Of a stretch of 28,706 bases of DNA, positions 1 to 8,118 are shown one piece after another; the stretch's first letter is position 1, and each line of letters opens with the position of its first letter. The notes below the pieces were generated by a model that saw only the letters and a list, made by a program, of their open reading frames with translations, was not told the DNA's origin and did not search any database. The stretch covers positions 1 through 28,706 of the forward strand of contig JBBDYA010000067.1 in NCBI GenBank assembly GCA_040902005.1, in the 5' to 3' direction. Source of the DNA: Gemmatimonadaceae bacterium (GTDB lineage Bacteria > Gemmatimonadota > Gemmatimonadetes > Gemmatimonadales > Gemmatimonadaceae). Both the position numbers and the translations under genes were made by a program.

Positions 1-826
1 TGACCTTCTGCCCCACCTTCAGCTTGATGCGGCCGTCCTGCGGCACGCGGCGCTCGGCGATGTTGAGCGCGGACATGATCTTGAATCGCGAGATGAGCGC
101 CGCCCGCATCTTGAGCGGCGGCTTCATGATCTCCATGAGCGCGCCGTCGATGCGGTAGCGCACGCGCAGATCGTGCTCGAAGCACTCGAAGTGGATGTCG
201 GAGGCGCCGCGCTTCACCGCGTCCGTCAGGATGCCGTTCAGGAGCTTCACCACGGGCGCGTCGTCCACGGCGGCGGCCAGTGCCGCGGCCGACATCTCCT
301 CTTCCTTTTCCTCGACGATCGAGACTTCCGTGTCGTCGTCGGCGCCCTCGATCGACTTGAGCAGGTTGCCGAGCTGGGCTTCCGTGGACTCGAAGATCTT
401 CTCGAGCACGTTCCGGATCGTGAATTCGCCCGCGATGACCGGGAAGATGTCGTAGCGCGTGATGAACTTCAGGTCTTCCAGCACGCCCATGTTGGTGGGG
501 TCCGCCATGGCCACCGTGAGCGTGCGACCGTCGCGCTTGAGCGGCAGCACCAGGTTCTTCAGCGCCATCTCGCCGGGAATCAGCTTGGCGATCTTGGGGT
601 CCACCTCGATGCGCGTGATGTCCACGGCGGGCATCTTGAACTGTCTCGCCAGCATCTTCACGAGATCCAGTTCAGGGACGAATCCCAGTTTGACCAGGTT
701 GTATCCGACACGCGTGCCGTTCTGCTGCTGTTCCTTCAGCGCCATGTCGAGCTGCTCCTTGGTGATTATCCCCTCACGAATGAGGAGGTCACCAATGCGC
801 TCAGGGGTAGCGGCGGGTGCGGCCAT
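1..826 (-). CDS. pilB: Type IV pilus assembly ATPase PilB / GspE family, N-terminal part (runs off the left edge)
   Basis: Not in the ORF track because it is open-ended. Manual translation from the ATG at 826 gives MAAPAATPERIGDLLIREGIITKEQLDMALKEQQQNGTRVGYNLVKLG...VAMADPTN...DAPVVKLLNGILTDAVKRGASDIHFE...RVRYRIDG...SRFKIMSALNIAERRVPQDGRIKL, classic PilB/GspE motifs. Confidence 0.92.
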   Translation of the reverse strand, partial: MAAPAATPERIGDLLIREGIITKEQLDMALKEQQQNGTRVGYNLVKLGFVPELDLVKMLARQFKMPAVDITRIEVDPKIAKLIPGEMALKNLVLPLKRDGRTLTVAMADPTNMGVLEDLKFITRYDIFPVIAGEFTIRNVLEKIFESTEAQLGNLLKSIEGADDDTEVSIVEEKEEEMSAAALAAAVDDAPVVKLLNGILTDAVKRGASDIHFECFEHDLRVRYRIDGALMEIMKPPLKMRAALISRFKIMSALNIAERRVPQDGRIKLKVGQKV

Positions 827-948
827 GGGGGCGTGGAAGTGGGCGTGCGGGGAGGGGCAGTGCTGGACGGGAATCGAGTCCGTACAAGGGGTCCCGAGCA
901 CGGAACCGAAGGTCAGCGAGCGCGCCCTGCACGGTTGGCGCGTAGCTG

Positions 949-977
949 AACCTGACCCTGCGTAAGCCCGCTGTCAA
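949..977 (-). promoter_or_regulatory. Putative sigma70-type promoter for pilB
   Basis: Minus strand TTGACA (977-972), 17-nt spacer, CAGGTT (954-949), about 120 nt upstream of the pilB ATG. Confidence 0.45.
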
Positions 978-984
978 GAACGGC

Positions 985-1503
985 TTAGCGCGGCTGGCGA
1001 CTGCGATTGCGACGTGCATTCCGTGACGGCTTCGAACCCTCGCCACATACGACACTTAGGGGACTGCGCGTCCCATTGAACGTCACCAGCGGGCGCAGCT
1101 GTTCCGCGAGAGCGGTCCCGATGCCTCGCACACCGCACACATCCTCGATCGAGGCGAACGGACCGGCGGAGTCCCGAAAGCCCACGATGCGCTGGGCGAG
1201 CGCCGGCCCGATGCCGGGCAGGGCGTCGAGTTCCGACGCCGTGGCGCGATTCAGGTCGATCGGCGCTTCGGGCGTCGGCACCGGCGGCCGGGGCGGCCGG
1301 GCGCTCGCGGCCTGCGGCGCCGCGCGAAACGCGCGCGACGCGCGCGACGCGCGCGCGGAATCCACACGTCCCAGCTGACGCTCCAGCGCGCGAGACGCGG
1401 CCGGGGACGGCACGGCGTGGGGCTTCCAGAGCCGGACGCCGCTGCCGGAGAGCGCGACGAGCGCGAAGAACCAGAGCGCCTTGCGCTCGTTCGCGGTGGC
1501 CAT
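985..1503 (-). CDS. comEA: ComEA-family helix-hairpin-helix DNA-binding protein
   Basis: N-terminal hydrophobic anchor, Arg/Ala/Pro linker, then IDLNRATASELDALPGIGPALAQRIV...GPFASIEDVCGVRGIG (two HhH motifs). Confidence 0.9.
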   Translation of the reverse strand: MATANERKALWFFALVALSGSGVRLWKPHAVPSPAASRALERQLGRVDSARASRASRAFRAAPQAASARPPRPPVPTPEAPIDLNRATASELDALPGIGPALAQRIVGFRDSAGPFASIEDVCGVRGIGTALAEQLRPLVTFNGTRSPLSVVCGEGSKPSRNARRNRSRQPR

Positions 1504-1588
1504 CGTGGACTACTGCACGCCGGTCTGCCGCAGGACGACATCGATCCCGCGCTGCAGTCATCATTTCATCGCACGCAGGCGCCTGCCG

Positions 1589-2548
1589 TCAGCGCGTGAC
1601 CAGCGTCAGCGCCACGTCGCCCACGATCTGGAGGCTGCGGGCGCTGATCCGCTCGATCGTGTCGCCGTGCGTGTGATGCAGGTTGCGCTCCGACCCGTAG
1701 CAGTCCACGCCACCGTCGCTGCAGTAGTCGATGTCGATGACGTTAATGACCCGCAGCCCCTTCCGGATGAGCGGCAGGTGGTCGTCGGTGATGCCGCCGC
1801 GCGCCTCGGGGATGAAGTACTTCGCATAGCCGAGATCGTTGGCGGTACTCCACACGCGGGACACGACCTCCGGAGCGGCGGCGACCGAATGCCCTTCCTG
1901 ATAGATCTGGAGACCCGCATCGCCGATCATGTCGAAGAGCACGCCGAAGATCGGTCGGTAGTCGGGCGCGAGGTGGCGCGCGAAATACTGCGATCCGATG
2001 AGCACGTCCTTGTTCTTCGTCGTGTCTTCCCAGGCCTCGAACGCGCCGAAATCCTCGCCATCCACGAAGAGCAGGTCCACGCCCACCGCCGGCGGCACCT
2101 TCCGCAGCGCATCCGCCAGCGCGATCAGCAGCGCCACGCCCGACGCGCCGTCGTTCGCCCCCGGGATGGGGCGCTGCCGGGCGCCAAGGTTGCGGTCGTT
2201 GTCCGCCGTGGGCCGCGTGTCCCAGTGCGCGAGGAAGAGCACCCGCTGGGGGAGGTCCGGACGGATGCGCGCGATCACGTTGCGCAGCGGCAGCGACACG
2301 CCGCTCCCGGTCACGTGGGTCCAGGACTGCACCTCCACCGAATCGACGCGCGCGCGCATCTGCGCAATGATCCAGTCCCCGGCGCGGCGGTGCGCGTCCG
2401 TCCCCGGCACCCGCGGACCGAACGCAACCTGCGCGCGCGCGTACGCCAGAGCACTGTCGCCGCTGAACGCCGTCTTCCCCCCGCGGAACCGCTCCACGGT
2501 GTCGCAGGCAGTCAGCGTGGCCAGCAGGAGCAGCGAGGCACAGACCAT
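1589..2548 (-). CDS. M28-family Zn lipoprotein, type-II glutaminyl cyclase-like
   Basis: Lipobox LTAC; motifs FGPRVPG, AHWDTRP, GANDGASG, DGED, DMIG, ITDDH, HHTHGD. Start placed at ATG 2548 (the ORF could extend to 2578). Confidence 0.85.
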   Translation of the reverse strand: MVCASLLLLATLTACDTVERFRGGKTAFSGDSALAYARAQVAFGPRVPGTDAHRRAGDWIIAQMRARVDSVEVQSWTHVTGSGVSLPLRNVIARIRPDLPQRVLFLAHWDTRPTADNDRNLGARQRPIPGANDGASGVALLIALADALRKVPPAVGVDLLFVDGEDFGAFEAWEDTTKNKDVLIGSQYFARHLAPDYRPIFGVLFDMIGDAGLQIYQEGHSVAAAPEVVSRVWSTANDLGYAKYFIPEARGGITDDHLPLIRKGLRVINVIDIDYCSDGGVDCYGSERNLHHTHGDTIERISARSLQIVGDVALTLVTR

Positions 2549-2618
2549 TCGCACGGTGTGGGGCACAGGGGGGAGCAAGCCGGGTATATTAACGCGCCAG
2601 CCCGGCGTTCATCCGCCC

Positions 2619-4100
2619 ATGAAGATAATCGGCAAATACGTCCTCAGAGAGCACGTCGGCCCGTTCCTGTTCGCGTCCCTGGCGCTGACGTCCCTCATGC
2701 TCCTCCAGTACGTCGCGAAGCGCTTCGGCGACCTGGTCGGCAAGGGCTTGCCCGCGAGCGTGATCGTGGAGTTCCTGGCGCTCTCGGTGCCGTTCACGGT
2801 CGCGATGACGCTGCCGATGGCCGTGCTCGTGGCCGTGCTCTACGCGTTCAGCCGCCTGGCGTCCGAGAACGAGATCACGGCGATGAAGGCCAGCGGTATC
2901 AGCATGCGCACGGTGCTCGCCCCGGTCGTCGCCGGCGGGCTGGCGATGTCGGCGATCATGGTGCTGTTCAACGACCAGATCCTGCCGCGCGCGAACCACC
3001 GGCTGGCGGTGCTCCAGATGGACATCTTCCGCACCAAGCCCACCTTCGCCCTGCGCGAGCAGGTGCTCAACACCATCAAGGAAGGCCAGTTGTACCTGCG
3101 GGCGGGGGACATCGACGAAGGGACGTCGCAGATGACCGACGTCACCATCTACGATCTCGCGAATCCGCAGCGCCGCCGCACCATCTACGCGGACAGCGGA
3201 AGCCTGGCGCTGGCGCCGAACGGCGCCGATCTGAACATGACCCTGCACGACGGCGTCATGATGGAGGTGCCCAACGACAAGGCCGAGGAACTGACGCGCA
3301 TGTTCTTCAAGCGCGACCTGCTCCGCGTGAAGAACGTCGCCAGTTCCTACCAGGAGTCGCAGACGGGCACGGTGAGCAAGGGCGACCGCGAGATGTCGGT
3401 GTGCGAGATGCAGGCGGCGATGGCGCGCGCCGACTTCCGGATGCTTCAGGCGGCACAGGAGCTGGCGGAGCTTGAGCACGAGATGAAGGGGACCCCCAGG
3501 CCCGCGCCGCTGGAGTTCCGGAACCCGAAAGGCATCGCGCGCGCCTACTGCGGCGTGCTCTCCCTCGTTCGCGTGCGGGAGGCGTCGGCGCAGGTTCCCC
3601 AGGCGGCCGGCGCCGGTGCGGCCGTGCAGAAGAACGAGGCGGACGAGCTCCAGTTCCAGGCGCGCGCGCAGGATTCCCGCTATCGCCGCGAAGAAGCCCG
3701 GCTCGACCGGAACCGCTACGACGTGGAGATTCACAAGAAGTTCTCGCTGGCGGCGGCGTGCATCATCTTCGTGCTCATCGGCGCGCCGATCGCGCTGCGC
3801 TTCCCGCGCGGCGGCGTGGGCCTCGTCATCGGCGTCAGCTTCGCGATATTCGGGTTGTACTATGTGGGACTCATCGGCGGGGAGACGCTCGCGAACAAGG
3901 GCTACCTGCCGCCGTGGCTGGCGATGTGGGCCGCGAACATCATTCTGCTGCTCACGGGGCTCGTGCTCGTCGCCCGGATGGGACGCGAATCCAGTTCGTC
4001 GCGCGGAGGCGACCTGACGGAGCTGCTCACCACGGTGCGGGCGAAGGTGTTCGGGTGGCTGCGACGGTTCGGTATCGCCGTGGAGCGCCGCCGCGCGTGA
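2619..4100 (+). CDS. lptF: LPS export permease LptF (YjgP/YjgQ family)
   Basis: MKIIGKYVLREH start; RLASENEITAMKASGIS; VEIHKKFSLAAACIIFVLIGAPIA; WAANI. The true start is ATG 2619 within the longer ORF. Confidence 0.9.
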   Translation: MKIIGKYVLREHVGPFLFASLALTSLMLLQYVAKRFGDLVGKGLPASVIVEFLALSVPFTVAMTLPMAVLVAVLYAFSRLASENEITAMKASGISMRTVLAPVVAGGLAMSAIMVLFNDQILPRANHRLAVLQMDIFRTKPTFALREQVLNTIKEGQLYLRAGDIDEGTSQMTDVTIYDLANPQRRRTIYADSGSLALAPNGADLNMTLHDGVMMEVPNDKAEELTRMFFKRDLLRVKNVASSYQESQTGTVSKGDREMSVCEMQAAMARADFRMLQAAQELAELEHEMKGTPRPAPLEFRNPKGIARAYCGVLSLVRVREASAQVPQAAGAGAAVQKNEADELQFQARAQDSRYRREEARLDRNRYDVEIHKKFSLAAACIIFVLIGAPIALRFPRGGVGLVIGVSFAIFGLYYVGLIGGETLANKGYLPPWLAMWAANIILLLTGLVLVARMGRESSSSRGGDLTELLTTVRAKVFGWLRRFGIAVERRRA

Positions 4101-5194
4101 GCCGGCGACGACTGCGGCTCGGCGGCCCGCTGGACCGCTACGTGTTTCGCGAATTCTGGAAGATCTTCGTCGCCACGGCCCTCGGCTTTCCGCTGCTGCT
4201 GGTGATCATCGATCTCACCGACAACCTGGACAAGTGGCTCGCGCGCAACCTGCCGCGGCAGGACATCGCGCTGAGCTACCTGTACTGGATGCCGGAGTCC
4301 ATGTTCATGGTGCTCCCGGCCGCCGTACTGTTCGCCACGGTCTTCTCCATCGGCGCGTTCACGCGTCATTCCGAGATCACGGCGGCCAAGGCGTCGGGGA
4401 TCAGCTTCTACCGCCTGGCGCTGCCCATCTTTGTGGGCGCCTTCATGGCGGCCGGCCTCGACCTGCTCCTGGCGGAGATCGTTCCCGTGACCACCGCGCG
4501 CCGCAACGATCTGCTGGCGGAAGACGCGTTCCGGGGCAGCACCACGCGCTACAACTTTGCCTTCGCGGGGGAGTACGGCCGGGTCTACCTGGTGGGCACG
4601 CTCAACACCACGGCGCGGTCCATGGAGCAGGTGCAGATCGAGCGCCGCGGCACCGGCACGGAATACCCCACCATGGTCGTGGCGGCCGGGGGCGCGAAGT
4701 GGCACGCCGACTCCGGCTGGACACTGTCCACCGGTGAGATGAAGCTCATCACCGACTCCACGCCCGATTTCACGCTGGCCTTCGATCGCATGCGCGACCA
4801 CCGCTTCGTGGAGGAACCGCAGGACATGATGGCGCGGCCGCGCAGCCCGCAGGAAATGCGGTACGCGGAGCTCACCAGGTTCATCAGGATGCGCGAGCGG
4901 TCGGGGGGGGACGCCAACCAGCTGCGCGTCGAGCGCGCGCTGAAGATCGCGATCCCCATCACCTGCATCATCATCGCGCTGTTCGGCGCTCCCCTCGCGA
5001 CCAGCACGCAGCGCGGAGGCACCGCGTACGGCATCGGCATCAGCCTCGCCGTGACGGTGATCTTCCTGATGCTGGTGCAACTCACGAAGGCCATCGGCAG
5101 TAAGGGCATCATGCCCCCCGATCTCGCGGCCTGGCTGCCGAGCGCCATCTTCGCCATCCTGGGAGTCACGCTGCTGGCACGCGTGCGCACATGA
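4097..5194 (+). CDS. lptG: LPS export permease LptG (YjgP/YjgQ family)
   Basis: LDRYVFREF; TRHSEITAAKASGISFYR; KIAIPITCIIIALFGAPL; AAWLP. GTG start overlaps the lptF stop (GTGA). Confidence 0.88.
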   Translation: MSRRRLRLGGPLDRYVFREFWKIFVATALGFPLLLVIIDLTDNLDKWLARNLPRQDIALSYLYWMPESMFMVLPAAVLFATVFSIGAFTRHSEITAAKASGISFYRLALPIFVGAFMAAGLDLLLAEIVPVTTARRNDLLAEDAFRGSTTRYNFAFAGEYGRVYLVGTLNTTARSMEQVQIERRGTGTEYPTMVVAAGGAKWHADSGWTLSTGEMKLITDSTPDFTLAFDRMRDHRFVEEPQDMMARPRSPQEMRYAELTRFIRMRERSGGDANQLRVERALKIAIPITCIIIALFGAPLATSTQRGGTAYGIGISLAVTVIFLMLVQLTKAIGSKGIMPPDLAAWLPSAIFAILGVTLLARVRT

Positions 5195-6051
5195 GCTACT
5201 CGTTCCGCTATCCGCACACGCCTGAGAGCCGCCCCACGGAGACCTTCCCCGTGGTGCAGCGCACCGGGATCCGGTTCTTCCGGCACGTCACCTCCTTCTG
5301 GCGCGGCCTGTTTCAGCAGATCGGCGCCCGCGGTCTCTACATGCGCGACACGCTGCGCGGGCTCGGCGAGCCGGCCACGTTCCTGCCCGAAACACTGCGC
5401 CAGATGCGCGTGATCGGCGTGGGGTCGGTGCCGCTCGTGGTGCTGGTGGCGGCCTTCATCGGCGGCGTCATCGCCCTCCAGACGCGGTACCAGCTATTCG
5501 AGGGGGTGCTGCTGTCCGTGGTGGGGCTCGCGACGCGCCAGACCATCATCCTCGAGATGGGTCCCCTGCTCACCGGTCTCGTGCTCGCCGGCCGCGTGGG
5601 CGCTCGCATGACGGCGGAGATCGGCACGATGCGGGTCACCGAGCAGATCGATGCCCTCGAAACGCTGTCCTACGATCCGCTCGCCTTTCTCGTCGTGCCG
5701 CGCGTGATCGCGGCCACCATCATGCTGCCGGTGCTGACGATCCTCGCGGATTTCGTCGGCGTGTTCAGCGGCTTCGTCGTGGTGGTGGCCGCCACCGACG
5801 TGACCGTGGGTGATTATGTCGAAGGCGTCCGGCTCGCGTTCGGCGTGTTCCAGGTCGTCTACAGTCTCATGAAGGCCACACTGTTCGGCGTGGCCATCGC
5901 TTTCGTTTGCTCCTACGAGGGCTACATTACCACCGCGGGCGCTGAGGGAGTCGGCCGCTCGACCGCGCGCGCGGTCGTCATCACCTCGGTGACCATTCTC
6001 GTGCTGGACGCGCTGACCGCCGCCCTGTTCGCCCCCTTCCTCCAAGCATGA
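5191..6051 (+). CDS. mlaE: MlaE-family lipid ABC transporter permease
   Basis: EMGPLLTGLVLAGRVGARMTAEIGTMRVTEQIDALETL and GAEGVGRSTARAVV signatures. Confidence 0.93.
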   Translation: MSYSFRYPHTPESRPTETFPVVQRTGIRFFRHVTSFWRGLFQQIGARGLYMRDTLRGLGEPATFLPETLRQMRVIGVGSVPLVVLVAAFIGGVIALQTRYQLFEGVLLSVVGLATRQTIILEMGPLLTGLVLAGRVGARMTAEIGTMRVTEQIDALETLSYDPLAFLVVPRVIAATIMLPVLTILADFVGVFSGFVVVVAATDVTVGDYVEGVRLAFGVFQVVYSLMKATLFGVAIAFVCSYEGYITTAGAEGVGRSTARAVVITSVTILVLDALTAALFAPFLQA

Positions 6052-6929
6052 AACGACGCGACGAAGTGGCCGTTGGCATCCTGCTCACGGTGGCGGCCAT
6101 CGTACTGGTCCTCGGCACCCTGTGGCTGATTCGCGGCGGTCTGGGCCGCGGCTACCCCCTCCACGTGGCCTTCCCCTGGGGACAGAACCTGAAGCAGGGG
6201 CAGCCCGTGATGCTGGCCGGCGTCACCATCGGCGTGGTCACCGGCGTGGACCTGAACCCCTCCGGCGTGCTCGACGTGGACCTGAGCATCCGCAACAAGT
6301 ATCGGGTGCCCCGCACGAGCGTGGCCGAGGTGTTCCCGGTCGGCATCTTCGGCGACGTGGCCGTCGCGCTGAAGCCCACCGGCCCCAGCGCGATCGCGTT
6401 CGTCGCGGGCGATACCGTTCCGTCGCAAGCGGCAACGGGGGGACTCGACGTCCTTCAGGCGCGCGCGGATACGATCATGGCCACGCTCGGCCGCATTGCG
6501 GAGGCGTTCGAGACGGATTTCGTGCAGGCGGGAACGCTGCGTGACATGCGCCAGACGATTCTCGCGGCCAACCGGTTGACGGCGCTGATGCAGGCCGTGG
6601 TCATGGAGCAGAACCGCAACCTCACCGCCACGCTCGCGTCGTTCCGCAGCGCCGCGGGCGCGGTGGACTCCGCGCAGGTGGCCGCGACGCTCGCGCAGTT
6701 CCGCGGCACGGCGGCGAACGCGGACTCGCTGATGCTGCGTCTCTCCTCCAACACCACGCAGCTCCAGGCCATCCTCGCCCGACTCGAGCGCGGTGAGGGC
6801 ACGGCGGGGAAGCTGCTGGCCGACAGCATGCTCTACCGCGACGCGCGGAACGTCATGGTGCGCATGGATTCCCTGCTCGCGGACATCAAGGCCAACCCGC
6901 GGAAGTACATCAATCTGTCGATCTTCTGA
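6048..6929 (+). CDS. mlaD: MCE/MlaD-family protein
   Basis: N-terminal TM helix, MCE domain (LKQGQPVMLAGVTIGVV), helical region, GEGTAGKLL..DSMLY and DIKANPRKYINLSIF terminus. Confidence 0.9.
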   Translation: MKRRDEVAVGILLTVAAIVLVLGTLWLIRGGLGRGYPLHVAFPWGQNLKQGQPVMLAGVTIGVVTGVDLNPSGVLDVDLSIRNKYRVPRTSVAEVFPVGIFGDVAVALKPTGPSAIAFVAGDTVPSQAATGGLDVLQARADTIMATLGRIAEAFETDFVQAGTLRDMRQTILAANRLTALMQAVVMEQNRNLTATLASFRSAAGAVDSAQVAATLAQFRGTAANADSLMLRLSSNTTQLQAILARLERGEGTAGKLLADSMLYRDARNVMVRMDSLLADIKANPRKYINLSIF

Positions 6930-7189
6930 TGCGCCTGTCGTACGTGGTGTTCGTCACCGCCGCGGTGCTCTGCGCGGTGGGGCACATCGCGATCCTGCTG
7001 TCCGTCGTGCGCAGCCGCGCCGCCGTCGCCGTCGCCGATCCCAACGTGCCGCGTCCGCGCCTGGGCACCGAGGTGTTCTGGGCCATCGTCCCCGCGCTGA
7101 TCCTGGCGCTGGTACTCACCGCCACCTGGACGCGCGTACGCGATAGCGCGGCGCAACGTCCCGCCGAAATCATGAAGGTGGCGCGATGA
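6929..7189 (+). CDS. Small 2-TM protein resembling the cytochrome c oxidase subunit II transmembrane hairpin
   Basis: 86 aa, overlapping both neighbours (TGATG and ATGA). EVFWAIVPALIL resembles the CoxII helix-II motif E-x-x-W-T-x-x-P-x-x-I-L. No CuA domain. Confidence 0.7.
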   Translation: MRLSYVVFVTAAVLCAVGHIAILLSVVRSRAAVAVADPNVPRPRLGTEVFWAIVPALILALVLTATWTRVRDSAAQRPAEIMKVAR

Positions 7190-8118
7190 CCACCCTGGCC
7201 CGCATCAGCGCCGCGTCGGTCGTCCTCACGTATCTCCATCTCGTGTTCGGCGGGATCGTCCGGATCACGGGCTCGGGCATGGGGTGCGGCGATCACTGGC
7301 CCAGGTGCAACGGGCGGTGGATCCCCCCGCTCGACAATCCGCTTGTGATGATCGAGTGGACGCACCGTCTGCTGGCGCTCCTGGTCATTCTCACGATCGG
7401 GTGGCTCGCATTCGCCGTCTGGACACGCCGCGCCGAACCCGGCGTCGCGGGCCACCGCGGCGTGCTGCGTCCCGCCGTGATCGGGCTCGCGCTGGTGATC
7501 ACCGTTGCGCTCCTCGGCATGGTGACGGTGAAGCTGGGCAACCCCACCATCGCCACGGTGGCGCACTGGACGCTGGCGCTGGCGCTCCTTGCCGTGCTGA
7601 CGGCGGCGGCCGTCCGCGCCGGCGCGTTCGGGGGAGACGCGGCCCGCCGGGAAGGAGGTTCCGCCCGCACCATGCGGTCGCTGGGCGCCGGCGCGGCGAT
7701 CGCGTTCGTGGCCGTCGTGCTCGGCGGCATCGTGGCAAAATTTCCGGGCGCCGCGGTGGCCTGCCCCGGATTTCCCCTCTGCGGCGACACGCCAGCAGAC
7801 GTTCCGGCCGGGGCCTCACACATCCAGCTCACGCATCGCGTCTTCGCCTACTTCCTGTTCTTTCATGCCATCATGGCCGCGATCGCCATTGGCCGCAGAG
7901 CGGGCGAGTCTCGCGTCGTGCGACGCATGGCAACGGCAGCGGCGGCGCTGGTGGTGCTCCAGCTGGCGCTCGGCGCCGGCATGGTGATGTCCGTCATGCC
8001 GGCCGTGCTGCGCTCGGCGCATCAGGCCGTGGGGATCGGCGTGTGGCTCGTGCTGTTTCTGGGGATGTATCTGGCGCGCGTCGCCGCCACGACTTCGGAG
8101 ACCGGGAGCCGGTCATGA
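7186..8118 (+). CDS. ctaA: Heme A synthase (COX15/CtaA)
   Basis: GGIVRITGSGMGCGDHWPRCNG, EWTHR, ACPGFPLC, QLTHR, SAHQ; multiple TM helices. Confidence 0.9.
   Translation: MTTLARISAASVVLTYLHLVFGGIVRITGSGMGCGDHWPRCNGRWIPPLDNPLVMIEWTHRLLALLVILTIGWLAFAVWTRRAEPGVAGHRGVLRPAVIGLALVITVALLGMVTVKLGNPTIATVAHWTLALALLAVLTAAAVRAGAFGGDAARREGGSARTMRSLGAGAAIAFVAVVLGGIVAKFPGAAVACPGFPLCGDTPADVPAGASHIQLTHRVFAYFLFFHAIMAAIAIGRRAGESRVVRRMATAAAALVVLQLALGAGMVMSVMPAVLRSAHQAVGIGVWLVLFLGMYLARVAATTSETGSRS

Noticed and set aside
827..945. Possible riboswitch in the pilB leader
   Set aside because: No c-di-GMP or other aptamer consensus recognised by eye; an Infernal/Rfam scan would be needed.
173..965. Plus-strand ORFs of 258, 86 and 168 aa
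   Set aside because: Shadow ORFs antisense to pilB, typical of high-GC DNA.
1322..1357. GCGCGCGAC tandem repeat
   Set aside because: Two to three 9-bp units encoding RAS-RAS in the ComEA linker; low complexity, not a CRISPR array.
1998..2618. Apparent N-terminal extension making LptF 700 aa
   Set aside because: It overlaps the antisense M28 gene; the LptF signature begins at ATG 2619. The same applies to the extended ORFs for ctaB, the KS and the M24 peptidase, so these are not fusions.
4903..4910. G8 run in lptG, and C8 runs near 16847 and 21971
   Set aside because: Short enough to be expected at this GC content; one encodes Gly-Gly in a probably essential gene and the others are intergenic.
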